Positions 18,908 to 28,915 of a stretch of 64,000 nucleotides of DNA are shown here, piece after piece (the first letter of the stretch is position 1; the number at the start of each line of letters is the position of its first letter). Both the position numbers and the translations under genes were made by a program. The stretch spans positions 832,001-896,000 of the forward strand of contig CAVOXA010000014.1 in the NCBI GenBank assembly GCA_963700285.1, written 5' to 3'. Origin of the DNA: an uncultured Chloroflexia bacterium (GTDB taxonomy: Bacteria > Chloroflexota > Anaerolineae > JAAYZQ01). The notes below the pieces were generated by a model that did not search any database, had not been told where the DNA came from, and was given only the letters and a program-made list of their open reading frames with translations.

Positions 18908-20863
18908 ATGCCAGATCGGAGACGACCAATCGTCATCCGCAACAGATATTTCGTGCTCAGTGACTTGCTCCTGACTGCAGTCTCAGCCGCGTTGAGCTTT
19001 GCAATTCGTTTGGATGGGCCACTTTTTTCGTTGTTCCTTCCCGTGTGCATTGCCTTCGTATTGATGGCCATCGCTATCAAGATCCCCATCTACTATGCCT
19101 TTGGGCTCTACCGTCGCTACTGGCGGTACGCAAGCGTCCACGAAATGCTCACCATTTTCGCCGCGACGACGGTGGCATCAGCCGTTCTGGCCATTCTCAT
19201 TATGTTGGTGATCCTCCCGTTGGGATGGTTTGCCAGGTTCCCCCGCTCTGTCCTCATTATTGACTGGCTTCTGAGCCTGTTCTTCATTGGCGGCATTCGC
19301 TTCTCAGTACGCTTCCTGGGAGAATTCGGGATCCTCAAGGACGGTGCTACTCCGATCCTTCAACGCAAAGCGCCACGTCGAGTACTGATTGTGGGCGCAG
19401 GCGAAGCTGGCGCAATGATTGTACGGGAGATGAGGAACAACCCGGCAGTGGGCATGGTACCGGTAGGCTATGTGGACGACAATCGAGCCAAAATCGGCAT
19501 GCGGATCCGCGATCTGCCAGTACTCGGTACGCGAGAGTCTATTCCCAAGCTGGTTCGTGAGCAAGAGATCGATGAGGTATTGATCGCCATGCCGACTGCA
19601 CCCGGCCTGGCAATTCGCGAGATCGCCAAGATCTGCGAGTCAGTGCCAGTTGATTTCAAGACCATTCCAGGCATGTACGAACTGCTCGACGGCCGTGTCA
19701 AAGTGAGCCAGATCCGTGATGTTCAGATCGAAGACTTGTTGCGGCGCGACCCGGTTCGTATCCAGGCAAATGACGCGTTCTATGTCCATGACAAGACCGT
19801 ATTGGTGACCGGGGCTGGTGGATCCATCGGCTCTGAACTGTGCAGGCAAGTCGCGTACCGCAGTCCCAAGCAAATCGTTCTCCTGGGACATGGCGAGAAC
19901 AGCATCTATCGCATTCACCAGGAATTAAAGTCCATGTTCCCGCAACTGGAGCTTTCTCCGACGATTGCCGATGTTCGGGATGAGGCCCGTCTCCATCGCC
20001 TTTTCCAAAACTTCCGTCCAGAAGTTATCTTTCATGCTGCGGCGCACAAGCATGTTCCCTTGATGGAACTCAACGTTGAAGAGGCCGTGTCCAACAACAT
20101 CTTGGGCACATGCAACGTTGTCAAGGTGGCAGAGCAGTCAGGTGCTGAGCGTTTTGTCCTCATCTCCTCAGACAAGGCGGTCAACCCTATCAACATCATG
20201 GGAGCGACGAAACGCATCGCCGAGATGGTGGTTCAAGACACGGCACTCCGTACAGAGCGTAACTTTGTGGCCGTTCGATTTGGCAATGTCCTGGGTAGCC
20301 GAGGCAGCGTCGTGCCGCTGTTCAAGCACCAGATCGCCGCTGGCGGACCTGTAACTGTGACACACCCAAAGATGGAACGGTATTTCATGACCATCCCGGA
20401 ATCGGTCTACCTCGTGCTCCAGGCAGCTGCACTGGGCCATGGCGGCGAGCTCTTTGTGCTCGACATGGGCGAGCCCGTGAGAATTGTGGATCTGGCCCGT
20501 GACTTGATCACCCTTTCGGGACTGCAACCTGATCGAGACATCGAGATCAGAATCACCGGCATGCGTCCGGGCGAGAAGCTCCAGGAGCGTCTCTTCCTCG
20601 AGGGTGAGAACTATGAAACGACGCAGCATGAAAAGATCTTTGTCTTCAAGGGGCCCCTCCCACTGGAGGGAGAACAGTTGCACGACGCGATAGAACGGCT
20701 CATTCAGCTATCACAGCGGGGTGGTTCGACGGCCAGCATTTGGACAGCAGTTCGTAATATTGTGCCCGAGTGCGGGATCGATCTAGATACGCCCCCCTTT
20801 GGCTCATTGGCTGACCTTCGACTCGACCCAAGTCCACGCCTTCGTGTACCATCAACCCCATAG
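18908..20863 (+). CDS. pglF: Membrane-bound UDP-GlcNAc 4,6-dehydratase (PglF/CapD/WbpM)
   Basis: N-terminal TMs, GAGEAG, TGAGGSIGSEL, AAAHKHVP, SSDKAV, RFGNVLGSRGSV. Confidence 0.9.
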   Translation: MPDRRRPIVIRNRYFVLSDLLLTAVSAALSFAIRLDGPLFSLFLPVCIAFVLMAIAIKIPIYYAFGLYRRYWRYASVHEMLTIFAATTVASAVLAILIMLVILPLGWFARFPRSVLIIDWLLSLFFIGGIRFSVRFLGEFGILKDGATPILQRKAPRRVLIVGAGEAGAMIVREMRNNPAVGMVPVGYVDDNRAKIGMRIRDLPVLGTRESIPKLVREQEIDEVLIAMPTAPGLAIREIAKICESVPVDFKTIPGMYELLDGRVKVSQIRDVQIEDLLRRDPVRIQANDAFYVHDKTVLVTGAGGSIGSELCRQVAYRSPKQIVLLGHGENSIYRIHQELKSMFPQLELSPTIADVRDEARLHRLFQNFRPEVIFHAAAHKHVPLMELNVEEAVSNNILGTCNVVKVAEQSGAERFVLISSDKAVNPINIMGATKRIAEMVVQDTALRTERNFVAVRFGNVLGSRGSVVPLFKHQIAAGGPVTVTHPKMERYFMTIPESVYLVLQAAALGHGGELFVLDMGEPVRIVDLARDLITLSGLQPDRDIEIRITGMRPGEKLQERLFLEGENYETTQHEKIFVFKGPLPLEGEQLHDAIERLIQLSQRGGSTASIWTAVRNIVPECGIDLDTPPFGSLADLRLDPSPRLRVPSTP

Positions 20864-20956
20864 ATGGCAGGGCATGCTCGAAGCTCTGATGTCCTCGTTC
20901 GATACAGTAGAGACCAGACTGGGTTCCGGTGAGGTCGGATTGCGCAGGGGCAGAGC

Positions 20957-22285
20957 GTGCTAGACCGAATCACTAGATGGCTGTCAGCGGGCGAGTTAGT
21001 GATCCTTCTGCTAGCGGGCCCGCTTTTTCTGCTTATCAGGCCCTCCTTCGCGCCCCTGCTTTTGCTCTTGCCATTGTTATGGATTGCTCGTTACCATAGC
21101 CGGGGTTACTTTGTCCCGCGCACCCCTGTCGACTGGCCAGTCCTGGGATTGATGGCCATGGCGTTGTTCAGCACCTGGGTCACGCCTGACTTTTCGTTCA
21201 GTTTCCGCAAAGTCGCCGGGTTGGTGTATGGGGTGGCAGTGTTCTATGCCATCGCAGAATGGGGCGAACGACGTCGAGACATCCAGTCAACAGCTGCTCT
21301 GGTTGGCGGCCTGGGCTGCGGCGCAGCAGCCCTGGCTCTGCTGGGTACAGAGTGGGTTGTCAAACTCCCAGTGCTCGACCGTATCATCTCTCGGCTGCCG
21401 GCAGTGATCAGAGGAATGCCTGGGGCCGAGACGGGGTTCAACCCCAACCAGGTATCTGGAGCACTGATCATGTTTCTGCCCGTACAAGTCGTTCTACTAT
21501 GGGGCGCGGTCTCTGAATCCAAAGCACGAGGGGGCAGGCACCTTTGGCTGGCCGTGGGTAGTGGGCTGGCACTGGCCTTGACCAGCTCTGTCATTCTGAT
21601 CGCCCAGTCGAGAGCCGCGTGGGCGGCCCTACTTGTTGGCCTGCTGGGCATGTGCGCCATTGAATTCAAGCGTTTTCGCCTCTTTCTTGCGCTGTCGTTC
21701 GTCGTCTGCGTTGTCATAGTTGCCCTCCTGTGGCCTACCGGGGCTGGTACATGGTTGGCCCAACAAGCGTGGACAGTCAGCCCCGGTGAGACATCATGGG
21801 CCGCACGCGTCGAACTATGGACACATGGGCTGTGGACAATCGCCGACCTTCCGTTGACCGGAACAGGCATGAACATCTTTCGGCGTATGGCGGGGAGCTC
21901 CTTTCCATTGTTCCATTTTGAGTATGGCAGAGATATCGGTCATTCCCATCAAGCGTACGTGCAGGTGGCGCTGGATCTCGGACTGCCGGGCTTGGTCTTT
22001 TACCTCGCTCTGCTATTTGGCGTCATCGCTGCGGGCTGGCAGTGCTTCAGGAGATGCGGCGACAGTTTCGCTCGCCACATGGCGCTCGCCGGCGTGACGG
22101 GAGTGGTGATCCATGCCATCTGGGGGTTTGCAGACGCCATCGCACTGGGGGCCAAGCAGAGCTTTCTCTGGTGGAGCATGCTGGCTCTGGTTGCCACGAT
22201 TGTCATCCGTGACAGGCGAGCGGACAAAGGCGAACCCATCCCAGAGTCCCAGCCAGCAATCAATCAGGAGCAAGCCCTTCGATGA
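20957..22285 (+). CDS. O-antigen ligase / O-oligosaccharyltransferase family protein
   Basis: Polytopic; NPNQ, QSRAAW, R..LW, P.TGTG.N.F, HSHQ.Y.Q..LDLG.PG. Confidence 0.8.
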   Translation: MLDRITRWLSAGELVILLLAGPLFLLIRPSFAPLLLLLPLLWIARYHSRGYFVPRTPVDWPVLGLMAMALFSTWVTPDFSFSFRKVAGLVYGVAVFYAIAEWGERRRDIQSTAALVGGLGCGAAALALLGTEWVVKLPVLDRIISRLPAVIRGMPGAETGFNPNQVSGALIMFLPVQVVLLWGAVSESKARGGRHLWLAVGSGLALALTSSVILIAQSRAAWAALLVGLLGMCAIEFKRFRLFLALSFVVCVVIVALLWPTGAGTWLAQQAWTVSPGETSWAARVELWTHGLWTIADLPLTGTGMNIFRRMAGSSFPLFHFEYGRDIGHSHQAYVQVALDLGLPGLVFYLALLFGVIAAGWQCFRRCGDSFARHMALAGVTGVVIHAIWGFADAIALGAKQSFLWWSMLALVATIVIRDRRADKGEPIPESQPAINQEQALR

Positions 22286-22584
22286 TAGACTGGTGGAACA
22301 TATTCACCCATTCCCTATGGATCGTGGGTCTGGCGGCAGCGCTGGCGATCGCGAGCTACTCCGATTGGTTGGCCTTGACTGAAAATGAAGGCTTTGGCAG
22401 CGCCGTGAGACGCTTGGCGCATAGCACAAGCTTTGCCTGTTCCATGGCTCTGGCTTCTGCAGGTGCCGGTCTTGGCATCGCGATTTGGTGGAAGCGTGTG
22501 CTTTGGCTGCTGCTGGCGACCGGCTTTACCGCCCTGGCAGCTAGAGCCTGGTCCAGCCATCGAAGGGATCCCCAGAGTGAGTGA
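22282..22584 (+). CDS. Small three-TM membrane protein
   Basis: Hydrophobic segments; ATGA overlap with upstream gene. Confidence 0.6.
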   Translation: MIDWWNIFTHSLWIVGLAAALAIASYSDWLALTENEGFGSAVRRLAHSTSFACSMALASAGAGLGIAIWWKRVLWLLLATGFTALAARAWSSHRRDPQSE

Positions 22585-23662
22585 GCAAGCTGACGACCCA
22601 GTGAAACCGCATCAACCAGGCAGCTGGCTTCGGCGCGAATGGCGCCTGGTCGCAGGCCTAGGTCTCAGCGTCATCTGTCTCGTGCTTGCCGTGCGGGAGA
22701 TCTCTATAGAGGACCTAAAGACAGCGGTGTCCGCTGCCAAATGGGAATGGGTGGCCCTGGCCGTGGGCGTCGTAGTTGCCAGCAGCTCCCTGAAGGCTGT
22801 GCGTTGGCGGGTGCTATTCTTTCCGCAGAGGATCCCACTCGGTAGAACTTGGTCGGTTTTAATGATTGGCCAGATGCTGAACGCGCTGCTGCCCGCACGA
22901 GCTGGCGAAGTGGGCCGCATCTATCTGATAGGAGATAAAGATACGGTCAGCCATGCCTCCGCCCTTTCCACGGTAGTCGTGGAGAAAGTGGTTGACCTGG
23001 TGATGCTGACCCTGGCGTTTCTGATCGTGGCTCTGTGGCTGGCCACCACATCCACCAGATTTCCAGACTGGCTGCAAGATGCTGGCATTGGTCTAATCCT
23101 GCTGGCGGTTCTGGGACTAGCAGCGATTCTGCTGCTCATGCGCCTGGGCCATCGCATCTGGCGCCTTTTGCGCCGTGCTTTGAAGCCGGCTCCGACCCGA
23201 TGGATCGCTGCTGCAGATGCAGCAGCTGAACAAGCGATCTCGGCCCTGGGATCTCTGCAGTACAGCCAGGCGAGAATACAGATATGGAGTTGGTCCATCC
23301 TGATCTGGTTGTTGATGGCGCTGACCAACGCCCTCGTCTTTAGCGCATTCGACCTTGAACTGTCTCCCTACGTGGCCCTCCTCCTGTTGGTTGTCCTGAT
23401 GAGCGGCGTTGCCATGCCGCCCCTGCCAGGAAACCTGGGCGTTTTTGTGTATCTCTGCATCCTGGTACTGTCGCTTTTTGACGTTAACCGCGAGACGGCG
23501 CTAGTTTATGGCATCACACTCCAGATTGTTGCCTTTCTACCCCTGATTGCCATTGGTCTGGCCTGCATGTTCTGGGAAAACTGGCACGTGAGGCGCTCGC
23601 TAACAAGACCCGGGATAGACCAAGACAGCAATCACTCTGACTACCAGCCCAATACCCATTGA
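22577..23662 (+). CDS. Lysylphosphatidylglycerol-synthase TM domain / UPF0104 flippase-like protein
   Basis: A.RW..L, N.LLPARAGE..R, VVEK..D, PP.PG..G. Confidence 0.85.
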   Translation: MSEQADDPVKPHQPGSWLRREWRLVAGLGLSVICLVLAVREISIEDLKTAVSAAKWEWVALAVGVVVASSSLKAVRWRVLFFPQRIPLGRTWSVLMIGQMLNALLPARAGEVGRIYLIGDKDTVSHASALSTVVVEKVVDLVMLTLAFLIVALWLATTSTRFPDWLQDAGIGLILLAVLGLAAILLLMRLGHRIWRLLRRALKPAPTRWIAAADAAAEQAISALGSLQYSQARIQIWSWSILIWLLMALTNALVFSAFDLELSPYVALLLLVVLMSGVAMPPLPGNLGVFVYLCILVLSLFDVNRETALVYGITLQIVAFLPLIAIGLACMFWENWHVRRSLTRPGIDQDSNHSDYQPNTH

Positions 23663-23734
23663 GCAGGGTCCGAACCGGCCTCCACCGGGTCGTGCGGGCG
23701 CATACGCTCACCCTGACACTTGATCGTGAGCCGT

Positions 23735-23763
23735 TTGACGAAACCAGGCTAACCTGCTAGACT
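23735..23763 (+). promoter_or_regulatory. sigma70-type promoter of epimerase-tagA pair
   Basis: TTGACG-17bp-TAGACT with TG extended -10. Confidence 0.6.
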
Positions 23764-23846
23764 GCCTAACGATCAAGCCTACAGATTGTTCAGTCCAGGC
23801 TTTTTCGCCATTCTCGATCACCACTATCGCAGGATCAACAACTCAA

Positions 23847-24872
23847 ATGGATAACTCTTTCTGGCATAATCGTCGAGTTCTGATCACCGGGGGCGCCTCG
23901 TTCATCGGTTCCCACCTCACAGACTCCCTGGTTGGGCGCGGAGCCAAGGTACGCATCGTAGATGATCTGTCCAGCGGCCGCCTGGACAACATTCAACGGC
24001 ACCTGGCGACGGGCGACGTAGAGTTTGTGCGGGCGGATATCCGGGAACCCGGCGTCGCTCGACTGGTTGTACGGAACACCGACACCGTATTTCACCTGGC
24101 CGCCGATCATGGCGGTCGCGGGTACGTGGACCGGCATCAAGCCGGGCCAGCGTCAAATCTCTTTATGGCTGGCTCGGTTTTCTGGGAAGCCTACAGGGCG
24201 GGTGTGGGAAAGGTTATCTTTGCCTCATCGGGCTGCGTCTATCCCAACTTTGTGCAGAGCAACCCCAACGAGGAAATATATCTCACCGAGGACCTTGTCG
24301 AGCCGCCGTACGATGCTGACAATATGTATGGCTGGGCCAAGCTCATGAACGAGTTGGTGCTCAAGGCCTATTGTTGCGAGTATGGGCTGAAGGCTGCTTC
24401 GTGCCGTTACTTTACCGTTTACGGTCCGCGCGGCGTAGAGAATCACGCAGTGATTGCCATGATCGCCAGAGCCTTCATCCGTCAGAATCCCTTCGAGGTG
24501 TGGGGCGACGGCACCCAGGTCCGCAATTGGACCTACGTGGACGACATCGTGCAGGGCACGATCCTTGCCGCGGAGCGGATAGACGATGGTACCGCCGTGA
24601 ATCTGGGCACAATGGAGCGTATCCGGGTCATCGATGCTGTCAAGATAATCCTGGACTATGCGGGACTCGATGCAGACATCCGATACCTCCCCGATATGCC
24701 TACCGGCCCGCTAAACCGGGTGGCAGATAATTCGCTGGCCCGGAGCCTTTTGAACTGGGAGCCAGAGGTAGCCTTCCAGGACGGGGTTAAGCGGACTTTG
24801 GACTGGTACTTTGCCACCAAAGATCGGGAGCAGGTCCGAACAGTCCTGGAACGGATGCTGATGGAGCGCTAG
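23847..24872 (+). CDS. NAD-dependent nucleotide-sugar epimerase/dehydratase
   Basis: TGGASFIG, HLAA, ASSGCVY, YGWAK, VWGDGTQ.R. Confidence 0.9.
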   Translation: MDNSFWHNRRVLITGGASFIGSHLTDSLVGRGAKVRIVDDLSSGRLDNIQRHLATGDVEFVRADIREPGVARLVVRNTDTVFHLAADHGGRGYVDRHQAGPASNLFMAGSVFWEAYRAGVGKVIFASSGCVYPNFVQSNPNEEIYLTEDLVEPPYDADNMYGWAKLMNELVLKAYCCEYGLKAASCRYFTVYGPRGVENHAVIAMIARAFIRQNPFEVWGDGTQVRNWTYVDDIVQGTILAAERIDDGTAVNLGTMERIRVIDAVKIILDYAGLDADIRYLPDMPTGPLNRVADNSLARSLLNWEPEVAFQDGVKRTLDWYFATKDREQVRTVLERMLMER

Positions 24873-24878
24873 CGGCTC

Positions 24879-25652
24879 GTGCAAAGACCAGCGCGTGTCA
24901 ATGTCTTGGGCGTAGGGGTCTGCGCCATCAACATGAAGATGGCGTTGGAGGTCATTCATGGGTGGCTGGCGCGGCAGGACGCCAACTATGTGTGTGTCAC
25001 GGGCGTCCATGGCGTGATGGAGAGCCAAAGGGATGAGACCCTGCGCCAGATTCACAACGAGGCCGGATTGGTCACGCCCGATGGGATGCCGCTGGTATGG
25101 CTGAGTCGATGGAAGGGCTTTGAGCACGCGGGCAGGGTCTACGGACCCGACCTGATGCTGGCCGTATGCGAGGCTTCTGCTGCGCGCGGTACCCGACATT
25201 TTTTCTTTGGAGGGGCAGAAGGCGTGGCCCAACAACTGGCGGACAACTTGCAAAGACGTATCCCCGGCCTGGCGGTCGCTGGGGCCTTTTCCCCTCCTTT
25301 TCATCCCCTGACACCTGAAAAAGATGCACAGATTGTGGACATGCTACGCGAGGCAAGGGCAGACGTGATCTGGGTTGGCCTTGGCACCCCGAAACAGGAA
25401 CGTTGGATGGCAGCCCACTGCGACCAGTTGCCGGGCTCAGTGATGATTGGCGTCGGGGCCGCCTTTGACTTCCATACAGGTCGAATGCGCCAGGCTCCGG
25501 AATGGATGCGGAGGAATGGGCTCGAATGGTTCTACCGCCTAATGACCGAACCCGGACGCTTGTGGCGGCGCTACCTGATCAACAACCCGCTGTTTGTGGG
25601 CCTGATTGTGGCCCAAGCACTAGGACTGCGCAAGTACTCGCTCGAGTCCTGA
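24879..25652 (+). CDS. WecB/TagA/CpsF (GT26) glycosyltransferase
   Basis: PDGMPLVW, RVYGPDL, VGLGTPKQE, GVGAAFD, GLEW.YRL..EP.RL..RY. Confidence 0.9.
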   Translation: MQRPARVNVLGVGVCAINMKMALEVIHGWLARQDANYVCVTGVHGVMESQRDETLRQIHNEAGLVTPDGMPLVWLSRWKGFEHAGRVYGPDLMLAVCEASAARGTRHFFFGGAEGVAQQLADNLQRRIPGLAVAGAFSPPFHPLTPEKDAQIVDMLREARADVIWVGLGTPKQERWMAAHCDQLPGSVMIGVGAAFDFHTGRMRQAPEWMRRNGLEWFYRLMTEPGRLWRRYLINNPLFVGLIVAQALGLRKYSLES

Positions 25653-25722
25653 TGAGCAAGACCACCAGATTCCCAGAGGGGTATTGCGGCTCAAAGGCCT
25701 CAGTGACGAGGACAGGCAGGCA

Positions 25723-27219
25723 CTAGCCGCCGATGAGGGCCTCGACCATTGTGCGCGTCAGTTCCAAGATTGGCGCGGGCCAAATGCCCAAGACAACGAC
25801 CGCAACCGCGGCCAGTCCCAGCCCAATCTGCAAGGGCAGGCTGACGGGCGCACCGACAGCATGAGCTGGCTCCTGTCGCCGGAAGTAGATGGCCGCCACC
25901 ACGCGCAGGTAGTAGTAGGCCGAGATAACACTATTGACCACGCCGATCGCTGCCAGCCAGATTAGATCCGCCTGTACGGCGGCGCTAAACACCCACAACT
26001 TGGCAAAGAAACCGGCCAAGGGCGGCACCCCCGCCAATGACAACATCAGGAGCGCCATAGCCGCAGCCAGCCATGGCTGGCGAGCGCCCAACCCGGCCAA
26101 GTCCCCCAGAGTTTCTCCGCCTCCATCCGAGCCCTCGAAGCGGCCGACAGCAATAATCACGGCAAAAGCCGCCGTATTCATAAAGACGTAGACAAAAAGA
26201 TAAATGAGCACAGCACTGACACCCAGTTGGGTACCAGCCGCCAGGCCAACCAGGATGTATCCCGCATGGGCGATGCTAGAATAAGCCAGCATCCGCTTGA
26301 GGTTGGTCTGGCGGAGGGCCGCCAGGTTGCCCACTGTCATCGTCAGGACCGCTAGGATAGCTAGCGCCCAACTCCAGGAACTGTAAAGGTCGCCAAAAGC
26401 ATAGACGAGTACCCGGCCCAGAGCGGCAAATCCCGCGGCCTTGACACCCACACTCATAAAGGCGGTAATCGAAGTGGGTGCGCCTTCGTACACGTCTGGC
26501 GTCCACATATGGAACGGGACTAGCGCAACCTTGAACCCCAAACCAACGAGCATCAAACCCAGGGCCACCAGCAGCAGAGCGGGGAAGCGGCTGTCAAGCG
26601 AGGCTACATAGTCGCGTACCTCGACCAGGGATGTGGAACCCACCTGGCCGTAGGTTAGCGCGATGCCGTAGAGCAGGAAGGCGCTGGCAAAGGCCCCCAG
26701 CACGAAATACTTGAGAGCCGCCTCACCTGAGCGCTTCTCGGCGCGGTTCAAGCCGACAAGGACGTAAAGGGCGATAGACAGGATCTCCAGAGCCATAAAG
26801 ATAGTCATGAGATTTATGGCTGCAGCCATGAGCATCATCCCGGCCGTGGACAGGAGAAGCAAGGTATAGTACTCCCCTTGAGCCAGGCCGATGCGGCCCA
26901 CATACTCTACCGAAAAAAGAATGGCCAGAGCCGCAGAAGCAAGAACGACAAGGTTGAGGAAAAGGGCGTACGCATCGGCAGCCAGCATATCCTGGAGTAA
27001 GGGGATAGAGACGGACCCAGGGGGCGCGGCCGAACCAGGGGAGATATAGTAGGACAGGCCAGCCGCAACCATCACCCCAGCCAAGCTCAACCAAGCGAGC
27101 CGGCTCTTTTGTGCCTTGGGTAGAAAGAGGTCGACAATCATCACCAGGAGCGCGGTGACCAGCACCACGATCTCCGGGGCAACTACCATCAAGTTCAAGG
27201 ATGGAATCGATATCTGCAT
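25723..27219 (-). CDS. nuoN: NADH-quinone oxidoreductase subunit N
   Basis: EAALKYF, FK..VPFHMWTPDVYEGAP, KRMLAYSSIAHAG. Confidence 0.95.
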   Translation of the reverse strand: MQISIPSLNLMVVAPEIVVLVTALLVMIVDLFLPKAQKSRLAWLSLAGVMVAAGLSYYISPGSAAPPGSVSIPLLQDMLAADAYALFLNLVVLASAALAILFSVEYVGRIGLAQGEYYTLLLLSTAGMMLMAAAINLMTIFMALEILSIALYVLVGLNRAEKRSGEAALKYFVLGAFASAFLLYGIALTYGQVGSTSLVEVRDYVASLDSRFPALLLVALGLMLVGLGFKVALVPFHMWTPDVYEGAPTSITAFMSVGVKAAGFAALGRVLVYAFGDLYSSWSWALAILAVLTMTVGNLAALRQTNLKRMLAYSSIAHAGYILVGLAAGTQLGVSAVLIYLFVYVFMNTAAFAVIIAVGRFEGSDGGGETLGDLAGLGARQPWLAAAMALLMLSLAGVPPLAGFFAKLWVFSAAVQADLIWLAAIGVVNSVISAYYYLRVVAAIYFRRQEPAHAVGAPVSLPLQIGLGLAAVAVVVLGIWPAPILELTRTMVEALIGG

Positions 27220-27229
27220 CCGAATACCC

Positions 27230-28834
27230 CTACTGCGATCCGTCCGGCTGGCCGTGATGGGCAACGTCGAATGACGGGCGGTCAATCGCGCCGAGCCAAA
27301 AGTATCCATCGGGACCATCGATCAGTACGACGCGTCGCTCTTCAGCCCGCTCCAACATCAGGCCGACCGAGGCATCGGCTGCATGAAAGACCAAGTTAGG
27401 CAAGATGCCAATGATAAGGATGAGTATCAACAATGGCAGCAGAATGACAGTTTCGTGGCGGCGTAGATCAGGTAAGACTCGGTTCTCCGGCCAAACCAGC
27501 GGACCGGCAAAGGCGTTGCGAAAGAAACTCAGCATGTACCATGCCCCCAGCACAACGCCAAGCGTGGCAAAGGCAGCAGCCACTGAACTCTCCCGAAAAA
27601 CACCAACCAATATCGTAAACTCACCCGGAAAACCGCTCAAGCCTGGCAGGCCAATGGAGGCCATGATCACAGCCAGCAGCAAGCTGCCAAAAACGGGGAT
27701 GCTCTTCCACAACCCGCCCAGAGCCTCGATCTGGCGCGTACCCCGGCGCCGCTCCAACATTCCTACAAGGATAAAGAGGGCTGCAACGGTTAAGCCATGG
27801 GACACCGATTGGACCAGCGCTCCATCAACCCCCTGGGCATTGGCAGCAAAGACACCAGCAACGATCATGCCCATGTGCGCCAGGCTGGAGTAGGCTACCA
27901 GGCGCTTCATGTCCTGTTGGGCCAGAGCGACGAGCGAGCCATAGAGAATCCCGACGATGGCCAGCAGCCATATCCAAGGCCTCAGGGCAGCCACAGCATC
28001 CGGGAACAAGGGCAGACAGAAACGGATCAGGCCATAGACGGCCATCTTGGACAGCACGGCGGCAAGAAGAACTGTCACAGGTGTGGGCGATTCCTCGTAG
28101 GCGTCAGGCAGCCAAGTGTGGAGCGGCCAAATGGGCGCCTTGACCGCAAAGGCCAGCACAAAAGCCAGAAAAAGCCCCAACTGCGTGAGCCACGGGAGAG
28201 GAAGCTGATATAGGGTGAGCAGATCGAAACTGAACTGTCCGGTCTGCTGGTAGTTGAGCACCGCCAGAACGATGATAGCCACCAGCATCAAGGCACTGCC
28301 GGCCATGGTGTAGAGGAAAAACTTGAGCGTGGCGTACACCCGGCGCTCGCCGCCCCACCGGCCGATGAGAAAGTAGGCCGGAACCAGTACCGCTTCCCAA
28401 AAAACGTAGAATAGGACCAGATCCAGAGCGGCAAAGACGCCGAGAACCCCAGTTTGCAGGGCCAGCAAGAAAAAGATGAATGGCCGGGCGTCCGACTCGC
28501 CCCGCCCATCCAGATAGCTCCAGGAGACGAGGACAACGACGGGGGCGAGAAATGTGGCCAGCAGCAACAGCCAGAGGCTGATCCCGTCCACGCCAACCGT
28601 GTAGCTAATGCCCAGGGGCTCAATCCAGGCAAAGTGATCTACGAACTGCATCCCGGCCTGTCCATAGTCAAATAGGGCCAGCATGACGCAGGCCAGAGCA
28701 AGATCGATGAGAACCACGATCAACGCCCATGTCTTTGTCACCTTGCGATTCCCGCCCAGCAACAGGGTCACCAGCGCGCCGGCGAATGGCACAAAAATGA
28801 GGGCAGACAGAAGTGGGAAGCTTGGCTGGTTCAT
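27230..28834 (-). CDS. nuoM: NADH-quinone oxidoreductase subunit M
   Basis: GVDGIS, FYVFWE, KFFLYT, P.HTWLPDA, KRLVAYSS. Confidence 0.95.
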   Translation of the reverse strand: MNQPSFPLLSALIFVPFAGALVTLLLGGNRKVTKTWALIVVLIDLALACVMLALFDYGQAGMQFVDHFAWIEPLGISYTVGVDGISLWLLLLATFLAPVVVLVSWSYLDGRGESDARPFIFFLLALQTGVLGVFAALDLVLFYVFWEAVLVPAYFLIGRWGGERRVYATLKFFLYTMAGSALMLVAIIVLAVLNYQQTGQFSFDLLTLYQLPLPWLTQLGLFLAFVLAFAVKAPIWPLHTWLPDAYEESPTPVTVLLAAVLSKMAVYGLIRFCLPLFPDAVAALRPWIWLLAIVGILYGSLVALAQQDMKRLVAYSSLAHMGMIVAGVFAANAQGVDGALVQSVSHGLTVAALFILVGMLERRRGTRQIEALGGLWKSIPVFGSLLLAVIMASIGLPGLSGFPGEFTILVGVFRESSVAAAFATLGVVLGAWYMLSFFRNAFAGPLVWPENRVLPDLRRHETVILLPLLILILIIGILPNLVFHAADASVGLMLERAEERRVVLIDGPDGYFWLGAIDRPSFDVAHHGQPDGSQ

Positions 28835-28915
28835 CCCCTCAACGCCTCCAAACGAACGCTATCCCCTGCATTCTACTCCCCTTTGATCATCCAGTAGGCC
28901 CAGAGCATCGCCGGG

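Noticed and set aside
27230-28834. Possible Chloroflexota '2M' complex I with duplicated nuoM
   Set aside because: Only one nuoM is present; the L-M and M-N gaps are too small for another gene
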